Shown: positions 39,698-47,386, numbered from the stretch's first letter. The stretch: DNA of 64,000 bases from an uncultured virus (IMG/VR IMGVR_UViG_3300030330_002808) (IMGVR_UViG_3300030330_002808:1-64000), one strand, 5' to 3'. The notes: generated by a model from the sequence alone, not told the origin. Numbers and translations are program-made.

Positions 39698-40013
39698 TAG
39701 TATCTCCTATTGCTTTGTATTCACTATAAACAATCTCGGTAGTGAACTTGTTGAATAAATCGTTATGTGCAATTTTAAAATTTGCTGTTTCAAATTTCTT
39801 ACGCTTACGATTTATTTTTTGAACTCCAAAAGAATTACCGCCCTCATCCTGAACAATAATTAAATTTTGGTTGGTTCTGTCAAACACATTAACAATATTT
39901 TGTTTCATTGTGTCTAACTCTTTAGCTAGTCTATTAGACTTTAGCTTTAATTGAGCATAAGCTAGAACTACTTTTTTTTCGTCCTGCTTTAGCTTTTTTA
40001 TTGCTTGTGTCAT
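39687..40013 (-). CDS. putative early hypothetical protein
   Basis: Start MTQAIK after an ACTAACAAAGGAG leader. Confidence 0.7.
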   Translation of the reverse strand: MTQAIKKLKQDEKKVVLAYAQLKLKSNRLAKELDTMKQNIVNVFDRTNQNLIIVQDEGGNSFGVQKINRKRKKFETANFKIAHNDLFNKFTTEIVYSEYKAIGDTNDK

Positions 40014-40043
40014 TTTTAACTCCTTTGTTAGTTTGACCACTAA

Positions 40044-40071
40044 CTCTTATCATATCCCATATCTATTGCAA
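40044..40071 (-). promoter_or_regulatory. putative early promoter containing ATGGGATA
   Basis: TTGCAA-16-TAAGAG. Shares a 16-mer with 40729-40744. Confidence 0.55.
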
Positions 40072-40074
40072 TAG

Positions 40075-40278
40075 TTAATTTAACTTTTTTTTGTCTAATT
40101 TTAAAAGTATTGGTTCAACCTCAAGTTGTATAAAATCACTCCCAACTATTTTTTTCAATCTGCCTGCCATTTGGGTTAACTCTGCTGTAACTCTATCTTG
40201 TTCAATCTGACCTCTCTTACGAGGTTGAGACCGAGGCGAGGCGACAACTGTCGCCTCTGCTTTTTTATTTTTCGACAT
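40075..40278 (-). CDS. hypothetical protein
   Basis: Coupled by a TAATG overlap. Confidence 0.5.
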   Translation of the reverse strand: MSKNKKAEATVVASPRSQPRKRGQIEQDRVTAELTQMAGRLKKIVGSDFIQLEVEPILLKLDKKKLN

Positions 40279-40703
40279 TACCAGCTACACCAATATTCAA
40301 CGACCTTTTTCTCATCTATCGCCTGCTCACAGAATTTAAGAAATTTAATGTCCTGCTCTTTGTATTCTTTGACACTCTCTTTCTGAAATTGTTGTCCCCA
40401 AAAGAAACCATCTGTTGCGACATAATCCTTAAAGCCATTTTTGATACATTCCCCCAGCTCCTGCACAACTTCCTTTGTCATGTAACAAGGCGTGTCTTGG
40501 TCGGCATTGAAACCGAGATGCTTGAGAAACCCCTCAACTTCTATTTTGGGGTTCTGTTCTGCCCACTTGCACGACATAAATTGTTGTAGTCTTGCGTGCT
40601 TTCTCCAAACGAAAACTTTTTCTGTTTCCTCTTTGTCATCATCAAAGTATTTTTCCCAATTTACCTTATGACCTCTTAAATGTGCGTGTTGGTCTAGTCC
40701 CAT
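40278..40703 (-). CDS. putative early phage protein (MGLDQ...WRKH...GFFWG)
   Basis: Recognisable MGLD/WRK/GFF pattern. Strong leader and RBS. Confidence 0.75.
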   Translation of the reverse strand: MGLDQHAHLRGHKVNWEKYFDDDKEETEKVFVWRKHARLQQFMSCKWAEQNPKIEVEGFLKHLGFNADQDTPCYMTKEVVQELGECIKNGFKDYVATDGFFWGQQFQKESVKEYKEQDIKFLKFCEQAIDEKKVVEYWCSW

Positions 40704-40727
40704 TTTCTCTCCTTTGTTAGTTTCTTC

Positions 40728-40755
40728 ATCTTATCATATCCCATCAATATAGCAA
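40728..40755 (-). promoter_or_regulatory. putative early promoter containing ATGGGATA
   Basis: TTGCTA-16-TAAGAT with an extended -10 TG. Confidence 0.6.
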
Positions 40756-40828
40756 GAACTATTTTTTAGAATAATTCTAAACTAGCCGACCACCAGAATC
40801 CCGTGCCTGAAGCACGGCAGCTCGTGAA

Positions 40829-40933
40829 TCACTTAAGATATAAGAAAATCAACATAATCAGTACGAGAACGAGGTTACCAAACCTAGGAGCTAACAGGTA
40901 TGCCAGCAGTAAAAATCCAAATAAATGTATCAT
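40829..40933 (-). CDS. small hydrophobic peptide (34 aa)
   Basis: MIHLFGFLLLAYLLAPRFGNLVLVLIMLIFLYLK, followed by hairpin CCGTGC/GCACGG (40801-40817). Confidence 0.45.
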   Translation of the reverse strand: MIHLFGFLLLAYLLAPRFGNLVLVLIMLIFLYLK

Positions 40934-41033
40934 TATCTACGCAACAGCCTGGGATGGGTCTGGCCCCGCAGGGCCCGGTAACCAATGTTAATTCTAAAAC
41001 CAAACGAGACGAGGCGAGAACGACACGACATTA

Positions 41034-41282
41034 CTAATCTCCTTTTATACGATAGTCCATCCAGCCAACTGCTTCTTCGACACCTTTGATGAACGCCTCC
41101 TTCTGCTGCACGGTATCAAAGTCGTATCTCTTCTCCACATCGTATCCTTTCCCCCACACGAGGGTGATGCTGCAGCCTGAAGGTACCTCAGACTCCTTCC
41201 AACTGTTTCCGTTGGCAATGCATTTGCTGCCCCGAGCACCGGTCAGTGCGTAGGTCTTACCTGCTTCGGGTTTATCTTTCAT
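41034..41282 (-). CDS. putative early hypothetical protein
   Basis: Start MKDKPE after AACAAAGGAG. Confidence 0.65.
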   Translation of the reverse strand: MKDKPEAGKTYALTGARGSKCIANGNSWKESEVPSGCSITLVWGKGYDVEKRYDFDTVQQKEAFIKGVEEAVGWMDYRIKGD

Positions 41283-41430
41283 ATCTTTTCTCCTTTGTTG
41301 GTTCATCCATTTCCTTTTCGTTGTTAAAGCGGATGCATATAATTATTCCGTTATCGTCTGAATGAAGTATCTCATTATCATGGTGTGGGCATTTGCCGAC
41401 CCAATCCTTCATGTCATCATCGTGTATCAT
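41272..41430 (-). CDS. putative early hypothetical protein
   Basis: Start MIHDDD after TAACAAAGGAG. Confidence 0.6.
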   Translation of the reverse strand: MIHDDDMKDWVGKCPHHDNEILHSDDNGIIICIRFNNEKEMDEPTKEKRYER

Positions 41431-41570
41431 TGTTTCTCCTTTGTTAATTCTTATCCGATCAGTAGCGGGGTTAAAGGTTAACCATCCAACCCGCTTTCGA
41501 CTACTGATCCTGATCAGTCTTAGCCGCAGTTCCTCTTTCGAGTTAGTCAAGGTTCAACTGATCCATTTCT

Positions 41571-41599
41571 AACATAAGACCAGATGGGATATTTGTCAA
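41571..41599 (-). promoter_or_regulatory. sigma70-like promoter
   Basis: TTGACA-17-TATGTT. The spacer contains TATCCCAT. Confidence 0.7.
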
Positions 41600-41740
41600 C
41601 AGTTAATTTTTATTTTTTTTACCAGCAGCTCTTGGTGCTCCCTGAAGTTGCCAGCAGCAGGTGCCCAGACTCAAATGTAAAACGAGAACGACACATTTCC
41701 CTTTCTTAAACGAGAAACGAGCTTCCAACAGGATCCCGTC

Positions 41741-41788
41741 CCAGAGCCCCATGTCAACTAACAAAGGGAAAAAAACATGGAGCTCTGG
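41741..41788 (-). ncRNA. candidate hairpin sRNA with anti-RBS loop
   Basis: 14-bp stem (one G-U pair on the minus strand) with loop UUUUUUCCCUUUGUUAGUUG. Confidence 0.45.
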
Positions 41789-41808
41789 CACGAGAACGAG
41801 GTCATACG

Positions 41809-42357
41809 TCAGGTGGAAGGTGCCTGTGCCGTACGCTGCCTGGACTGGGATGGTAATTCCTTTCTTAAACGAGAACGAGATTGTTCAACTAAACGAGAAC
41901 GAGCTTCATCTGACGCTGCACCGGGTACCTGCAACAGGTAACTCTGGACCGCTGGCCAGTCATACGGAAACGAGAACGAGGCACGAGGTTTCAGTAACCG
42001 AGGATCGGTGAACAGGGACACCGGCTCGTACAGTTTAAGGACTCTCTCAAAGAGGGCTTTACCCAAGTTTTCATGCAGGATAAATACAGAACCACCAGCT
42101 TTAATATATTTATTAATCCATACAATTTGCCATTTATTTAACGCTGGAAAACTGATGTGATCTGATTTTAATTCAATCCAAAATATTTTTGTTTTAGCAA
42201 CTGCATGAACATCAGGTATTCCATTGATTGTACTAGATTCTATGCGGGTTAAGAAGCAATCAGTCAGTCCTTTTTTTACCTTTTGCCACAAAAGACTTTC
42301 AGGGTTTTTTACATTGCTTTTGTAGTCAGTATTTTTATATTTATTCATGTGAAACAT
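41809..42357 (-). CDS. PD-(D/E)XK nuclease, Holliday junction resolvase/VRR-NUC-like
   Basis: PESLLW...RIES...GIPDV...WIELK...Q..W motifs. Confidence 0.75.
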   Translation of the reverse strand: MFHMNKYKNTDYKSNVKNPESLLWQKVKKGLTDCFLTRIESSTINGIPDVHAVAKTKIFWIELKSDHISFPALNKWQIVWINKYIKAGGSVFILHENLGKALFERVLKLYEPVSLFTDPRLLKPRASFSFPYDWPAVQSYLLQVPGAASDEARSRLVEQSRSRLRKELPSQSRQRTAQAPST

Positions 42358-42961
42358 TATCTAAATTGGATAAAGTCAGTAACTCTTTTGAACCAATAAC
42401 ACCAGAGCAAAAAGTATTAAATGATAAACTAATTCTATCTTCCTCACCCTCATTAATAGGCACACTATGTCTTAAGGATGACGGAAATAATATTAAATCC
42501 CCTGGTTTACACAAAACTTTAAAAACTTCTGCATTAATTTGATTATATTTAGTAACGTTAAGTTTTAAACTATCCTGTCTTTCTCTCACAAAATGTATAG
42601 GTGGTAATTTTTCATTTATTTGAAAATACATGACACCGGACACAATACTATTTGGGTGCACATGCTCATGATGTACTGATCCTTTGGGATTACGATTAGC
42701 CCAAGACTGTGTTATACTGATTGTTTGGTCTGAATTTAAAACATCTTTAACAAATCTATGAATAGCTAACTCAATAAAAACTTTAACATTACACAACTCA
42801 TCTCTTTTTAATAAAAATGTATCTTCAGATCTATAATTACCATTACCCTTCTGCTCTAAAAAATTAATTGTTTTTAGATAAGATAGCTCATTATCAACAG
42901 ATTCACCGTACGGCAATATTAATAAAGGTGTAGGAAATAGTCGTAGTAATTCTACATTCAT
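42341..42961 (-). CDS. 2OG-Fe(II) oxygenase (TIGR02466-like)
   Basis: HVHPNSIVSGVMY...LFPSSLRHSV...RISLSFN motif. Confidence 0.85.
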   Translation of the reverse strand: MNVELLRLFPTPLLILPYGESVDNELSYLKTINFLEQKGNGNYRSEDTFLLKRDELCNVKVFIELAIHRFVKDVLNSDQTISITQSWANRNPKGSVHHEHVHPNSIVSGVMYFQINEKLPPIHFVRERQDSLKLNVTKYNQINAEVFKVLCKPGDLILFPSSLRHSVPINEGEEDRISLSFNTFCSGVIGSKELLTLSNLDNVSHE

Positions 42962-43257
42962 TTTGTAGATAATTTTTTAATTTTAATAATTACAGAATTT
43001 GGAATAAGAGTGGTATTACCAATCTCAATAGTTCCATCATCATTTTCAGAATAATCACCAAATATTCTTGTTATGCCTTTAGATTGACTTAACAAATGGC
43101 CTTTGGTTACACAAATAGGTAGCTTAGCCTGGAGGCAATTTGTAATTGTTTGCCAACTACTATCACTGCAAATGTCATACCAATCAACGGAAACAAGAGG
43201 GTATTTTTCTTGCCATGTTTTTGCCTTTTTATTTATATTTATTTTTCGTTTCAACAC
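42958..43257 (-). CDS. hypothetical protein
   Basis: VDWYDI.SDSSW...IP pattern. Confidence 0.6.
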   Translation of the reverse strand: MLKRKININKKAKTWQEKYPLVSVDWYDICSDSSWQTITNCLQAKLPICVTKGHLLSQSKGITRIFGDYSENDDGTIEIGNTTLIPNSVIIKIKKLSTK

Positions 43258-43328
43258 TTACAACTCCCACAGATGTATTTAAATTAGGGTTATGTTTTTC
43301 GTTAAAAGCTCTAACGAATTCAGACCAA

Positions 43329-43835
43329 CTAGCTTTCTTCCACTTTGGCTTCGATGGTCTTTGCGTTGTACCCATCGATTTTTGTCGAAAGCTCTTGTAA
43401 TTTTTTCTCAAGCTCATCTCGTGACATACCCTCCAATCCAGTTACTCTAACTTCTTTTTTATCAACATAAGCACCAGCTAATTGTCCTGATCTATATTCT
43501 GCATTTATTGCAGCAGCGTATTGATCTTTCTTCTCAGCTTTGTCTGCTAGTCTTTCTAATCTTTTGAATCGTCTAAGGTTGTCACCCTCATACATTTTAA
43601 GTTCTTTACTAAATCTAGTGTCAAAATATTTAGCAACATGTGGATTTAATCTTCTACTAAGTAATCTAGATGCTATTGCGGAGTAATCATTTTCGTTCTT
43701 ACAAACATATCCAGCTCTTTTTAAGGCCTCCGCTTGTGTGATGTTACCCCAATCTTTAACATAAATCTCCACAAACATTTTTTGTTTTGGAGTTAAGTCA
43801 TCTACAGTTCTTAATTCTTTCTTTTTTAGACCCAT
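43329..43835 (-). CDS. terS: terminase small subunit
   Basis: LTPKQKMFV...AEALKRAGY...ASRLL HTH pattern of Terminase_2-type proteins. Confidence 0.7.
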   Translation of the reverse strand: MGLKKKELRTVDDLTPKQKMFVEIYVKDWGNITQAEALKRAGYVCKNENDYSAIASRLLSRRLNPHVAKYFDTRFSKELKMYEGDNLRRFKRLERLADKAEKKDQYAAAINAEYRSGQLAGAYVDKKEVRVTGLEGMSRDELEKKLQELSTKIDGYNAKTIEAKVEES

Positions 43836-43971
43836 TACTTTCTCTTCCTTTTAAACCAAGTTAAAAATTTTAAATCACTAAAATAATATGCAATATCAGC
43901 GGCACTCATTTGATCCGTAACAATACAGTCATAAATATCATCGTAATCTTTTCTTTTTATTTTTGCTCGTT

Positions 43972-44217
43972 TCATTCTATTGTTAACCCATTATCTAATA
44001 CAATTTTTTCTTCTGTTTCTATCCAAACTCTTGCACCACAAGGTAAAGGTTTTATTGGACTGTAAACTAATTTTGATTTACCTAAAATGTCAACTTCATT
44101 AGCATAAGTGTTTGACTTTGAAGTTTTTACTGTAATCACGGGTTCCTCTGTTCCATTTTTTTTATTTGCTCTAATTTTATGTTGATTAATATGTATTCTT
44201 TTTTTCATTTTATGCAC
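43972..44217 (-). CDS. hypothetical protein
   Basis: IHINQHKIRAN...PVITVK...PLPCGARVWIET pattern. Confidence 0.65.
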   Translation of the reverse strand: MHKMKKRIHINQHKIRANKKNGTEEPVITVKTSKSNTYANEVDILGKSKLVYSPIKPLPCGARVWIETEEKIVLDNGLTIE

Positions 44218-44413
44218 AAAAGTTTTTTATTTTTACCGGTTCTACTCTGCCTGAATCATCTCTTTTTCTGTTAGGCCATTTACAATTAATAGTCCAAACA
44301 TTCTCCTTATCTTTCTTTCCTGAAACAATTACAATTTCATGACCTGTTTTAGTGCTTCTGACATGATGTTTTAAATAATCTTTTACTTCTGTTTTGGTTT
44401 TTCGTATTCCCAT
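44210..44413 (-). CDS. hypothetical protein
   Basis: Coupled ORF. Confidence 0.5.
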   Translation of the reverse strand: MGIRKTKTEVKDYLKHHVRSTKTGHEIVIVSGKKDKENVWTINCKWPNRKRDDSGRVEPVKIKNFCA

Positions 44414-44493
44414 AAAATCAACAATCCTATTATAAATAAATAAATCAAACTTATAAGCCCAATGCTTATCAATATTTGAGATACCATAAATTA

Positions 44494-44722
44494 TACTATA
44501 TAGATTATTTTAACACCTGACTACAATCTAAAAAAGTTTTGATTGCGTTCCCGCAAGACTGATGTCCCTTAGGGACACCATAGGGACACCATAGGGACAC
44601 CTATAAAATAGACTATTATCGTTGGTATACTTGACTAATAGACCAATAGGGACACCAGGGACACCTGTTTGACCCCTTGGGGTATATTTTATTGATTAGG
44701 GGTCTAGATAATCTATATAGTA
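44494..44722. repeat. iteron-like array, 5x (T)AGGGACACC, inside a 15-bp inverted repeat
   Basis: Copies at 44570, 44581, 44592, 44647 and 44657. TACTATATAGATTAT (44494-44508) is inverted at 44708-44722. Confidence 0.85.
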
Positions 44723-44875
44723 GAAATTTTCTAGTAAATATCTCTATCTTATGCTATTAATTAGTTATGAATAACTTCTTGTTATTTATATCTCTAGATC
44801 TGGGGGCAGCCTACTGCTCTCTTTTTGTTTTGACAGCCCCCGGGTCAAAATTCATTAGACCACCGTGACTAAATT

Positions 44876-45292
44876 TTAACTTTCTAAACTTATTTTTTTA
44901 ATATTTCCCATAATCTCTCGCCTTTTTTCGGTATCCTTTATTGACCTATATTCCTTGTATAAATTTCTGTATTTTACCCAGGCCAACTGTCTTTTGCTAA
45001 ATGTCACTTGTCCGTTGTCATGTAACTTTTGGTAACGATCCGTGATCATCTCAGGATCAAAACCGGCTAACCAACAAATTTGCTCAAATACCGCGCTAGA
45101 ATTAACAAACCAATTATGGGCATCAATTTTATAATAACTCTCACTCTTAGATGGATTACAATTTAAAGCGTCCTCAAAGGCCTGTACTATTATAGCTTGA
45201 AACAAACGCTGCTCAGGCGGCCTGTTACTATCTACCAACTGAGCTGATATTTTAATGCCCAAAATTTTTAACAAGCCTGGAGAAAAGCTCAC
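44876..45292 (-). CDS. hypothetical protein
   Basis: PEQRLFQAII.QA..DA...A..WF...F..IC..AG.DP pattern. Confidence 0.65.
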   Translation of the reverse strand: MSFSPGLLKILGIKISAQLVDSNRPPEQRLFQAIIVQAFEDALNCNPSKSESYYKIDAHNWFVNSSAVFEQICWLAGFDPEMITDRYQKLHDNGQVTFSKRQLAWVKYRNLYKEYRSIKDTEKRREIMGNIKKISLES

Positions 45293-45508
45293 GATAATGC
45301 CTTTGAATGCTTATCGGAGACTGCAAATCAACTGTAAAATAATAATCCTCAAGCGATTCTGCTATGATATCCGTCCGCTCTCGGCCGTTGAGAGTTTTAC
45401 AGAACTCAACTGTAGAATCAGCTATTTCTTTAAGATTATATTTAGTGTCTTTGCTCATTCGCATAACCACGGTGTGGGAAAAGATATGGATGTGAAAGTA
45501 CACCGTGG

Positions 45509-45760
45509 TCACGCATTCTTGACAACCAGTTTTAAACCTTTAGCCTGAGCTACTTGCTTTCGACCTGATTGCCATCTAGACTCGATCTTGTCGAGAAAAG
45601 ATAAACTAAAATTTCCTAAACCAAAGTCATTTCCACAATATAACTGAAACATTAAACTGGTTAACTCATCATAAGTTTTCTTATTAGGACAAATCATTAC
45701 TAATTTATCCAAAGATTCATTTAATGCTTCTTCACTACCTTTTTTAGCAGTCTTACCCAC
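45509..45760 (-). CDS. hypothetical protein
   Basis: GTG start after AAGGAG. Confidence 0.65.
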   Translation of the reverse strand: MGKTAKKGSEEALNESLDKLVMICPNKKTYDELTSLMFQLYCGNDFGLGNFSLSFLDKIESRWQSGRKQVAQAKGLKLVVKNA

Positions 45761-46028
45761 TTAATCTCCTTTTTAAAAGTTAATTAAATAGTGTTCGTTA
45801 TTCGTTGGAAATAAGGTGTTTTGAAAGCCTCACCTTTTCATTTAGGCTTAGAAATACGTTGATTCGATTATTATAAAATTTGTGACTTAATTGCAACAGT
45901 TTAATTTAGAAAATTTGCGGGTATTGAGTCAGTAAAGGAGGTAATGTTATGAGATAATAATTAATGGGGGTCAGTCTCCCAACCCCCAATCAACCCCAAG
46001 TTCAAGGTTAACCATCCAACCTGCAGGT

Positions 46029-46244
46029 CTATTTACCGTTCAAGAGTTTCTTTCCTTGACTTAGTAAATTCTCTTTCATAGCTAAATAACTTTTATTTTG
46101 CTTCTTAGCTATCTTTTTAATTTCTTCATCAACTAATTTAGCTATCATACTACCCGGTCTTCTAAAACCATTCTTACCCATAGCTCTAATAATGCAGTAT
46201 GAATCTATATCTACCGCACAACTTTTCCATTTATTTATATCCAT
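46029..46244 (-). CDS. putative ribbon-helix-helix DNA-binding protein
   Basis: KWKSCAVD beta strand followed by two predicted helices. AGGAGG RBS. Confidence 0.5.
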   Translation of the reverse strand: MDINKWKSCAVDIDSYCIIRAMGKNGFRRPGSMIAKLVDEEIKKIAKKQNKSYLAMKENLLSQGKKLLNGK

Positions 46245-46252
46245 TTTTCCTC

Positions 46253-46360
46253 CTAAAAAAATATTAAATAAGTTAAACCACCAAATAAAAACAATATTAT
46301 TTTAGGTGGGAGTAGCATCAAAAAAATTATTAATACTATCTCAATTAGGTGTCTGTGCAT
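46253..46360 (-). CDS. small hydrophobic peptide (35 aa)
   Basis: MHRHLIEIVLIIFLMLLPPKIILFLFGGLTYLIFF fills the intergenic gap. Confidence 0.5.
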   Translation of the reverse strand: MHRHLIEIVLIIFLMLLPPKIILFLFGGLTYLIFF

Positions 46361-46613
46361 CTCTTCTATCCTTTCTACTTTCTATTTCATCCCATAATAA
46401 ACTACAAGCCACATCACTATTAATTAAATAGATAGGCATATCGGTGAAGTTAAGTGAGCAAGAAGTTAATCTTCGCATTTGGTCTTGAAAATGTGGATCA
46501 GAATATTCCATTTCAGAACCTGACGCTGTAGTTATATGCGTCTTAGAAAGTATTTCATCTACCTCTTTTATCCAATTACTCCAAGCTTCTGATTTAGATT
46601 TAATTCCTTTCAT
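46341..46613 (-). CDS. hypothetical protein
   Basis: Coupled ORF with GGAG RBS. Confidence 0.6.
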   Translation of the reverse strand: MKGIKSKSEAWSNWIKEVDEILSKTHITTASGSEMEYSDPHFQDQMRRLTSCSLNFTDMPIYLINSDVACSLLWDEIESRKDRRDAQTPN

Positions 46614-46890
46614 ATATTCTCCAACTAGAAAAACAAGAAAGAATTTTATCTAATGCTTCGTGAAACTTAATATTAGCTCCTAGATTATCTTTACAATTAA
46701 ACTCTCTGTAAAGTTCATTATTCACGTGTAATGATATTTTATTTGTATCTTCATCAAGAGTAAGAACAAATTTTCTAACTTTTGATTCGTCTCTGTCTTT
46801 TTCTTTAACCCATTCAGGCTTTAAGACTAATGGTTCAACTGTAGCTGTAGCTCCAGTCGTCACACCTTCTATTTTTTGATCTTCATTCAT
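46600..46890 (-). CDS. hypothetical protein
   Basis: Start MNEDQK after an ACTAACAAAGAGG leader. Confidence 0.65.
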   Translation of the reverse strand: MNEDQKIEGVTTGATATVEPLVLKPEWVKEKDRDESKVRKFVLTLDEDTNKISLHVNNELYREFNCKDNLGANIKFHEALDKILSCFSSWRIYERN

Positions 46891-46954
46891 GGTATCCTCT
46901 TTGTTAGTTTTATCTGAATATAATATTTTTAATGGGATATGCAAGGATAATTTT

Positions 46955-47167
46955 ATGAAAATTTTACTTACTTTGATTATGTGTAGTTTTACAACCGGTG
47001 AATGTATTGCACCTTATCAAGTAAAACAACCATTTAATGACATGTACGATTGTTTAATGATGGGCTATCAGATGGCACAGGAGAAAACTAAGGAATTAGG
47101 TGACGAACAAGTAAATAAACACGGTATTTACATTAAATTTTATTGTAAGGCGGTACCAGAGGCCTAA
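46955..47167 (+). CDS. small exported Cys-containing protein
   Basis: MKILLTLIMCS...C...C...FYC. Signal-peptide-like N-terminus. Confidence 0.55.
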   Translation: MKILLTLIMCSFTTGECIAPYQVKQPFNDMYDCLMMGYQMAQEKTKELGDEQVNKHGIYIKFYCKAVPEA

Positions 47168-47386
47168 TTATTCACAAATAAAGCCCTGAACAGTACCTCT
47201 ACCATCTTTCAAATACCAACCATTTTTCATTGAATCTTCAAACTCCATATACTTTGAAATGGCTTCTCTATGATCATCAGCAAACAGTAAACATTCATGA
47301 ACAGACATGGATCTTGAAAGATCATATCTCTCCTGAACTAATGTTCCATCAAATAATAATATTAATAAAACTAAAGTTTTTGCCAT
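47168..47386 (-). CDS. small exported Cys-containing protein
   Basis: Hydrophobic N-terminus and GGAG RBS. Converges on the previous gene. Confidence 0.55.
   Translation of the reverse strand: MAKTLVLLILLFDGTLVQERYDLSRSMSVHECLLFADDHREAISKYMEFEDSMKNGWYLKDGRGTVQGFICE

Larger units (their letters stand above)
40863..41980 (+). repeat. dispersed direct repeats, core CGAGAACGA(G/C)
   Basis: Copies near 40863, 41003/41014, 41681, 41708, 41790, 41867, 41891 and 41968, all in the same orientation. Confidence 0.85.

Noticed and set aside
40863..41990. CGAGAACGAG repeats as a CRISPR array
   Set aside because: The repeats are only about 10-13 bp, spacing is irregular, and no cas operon is present.
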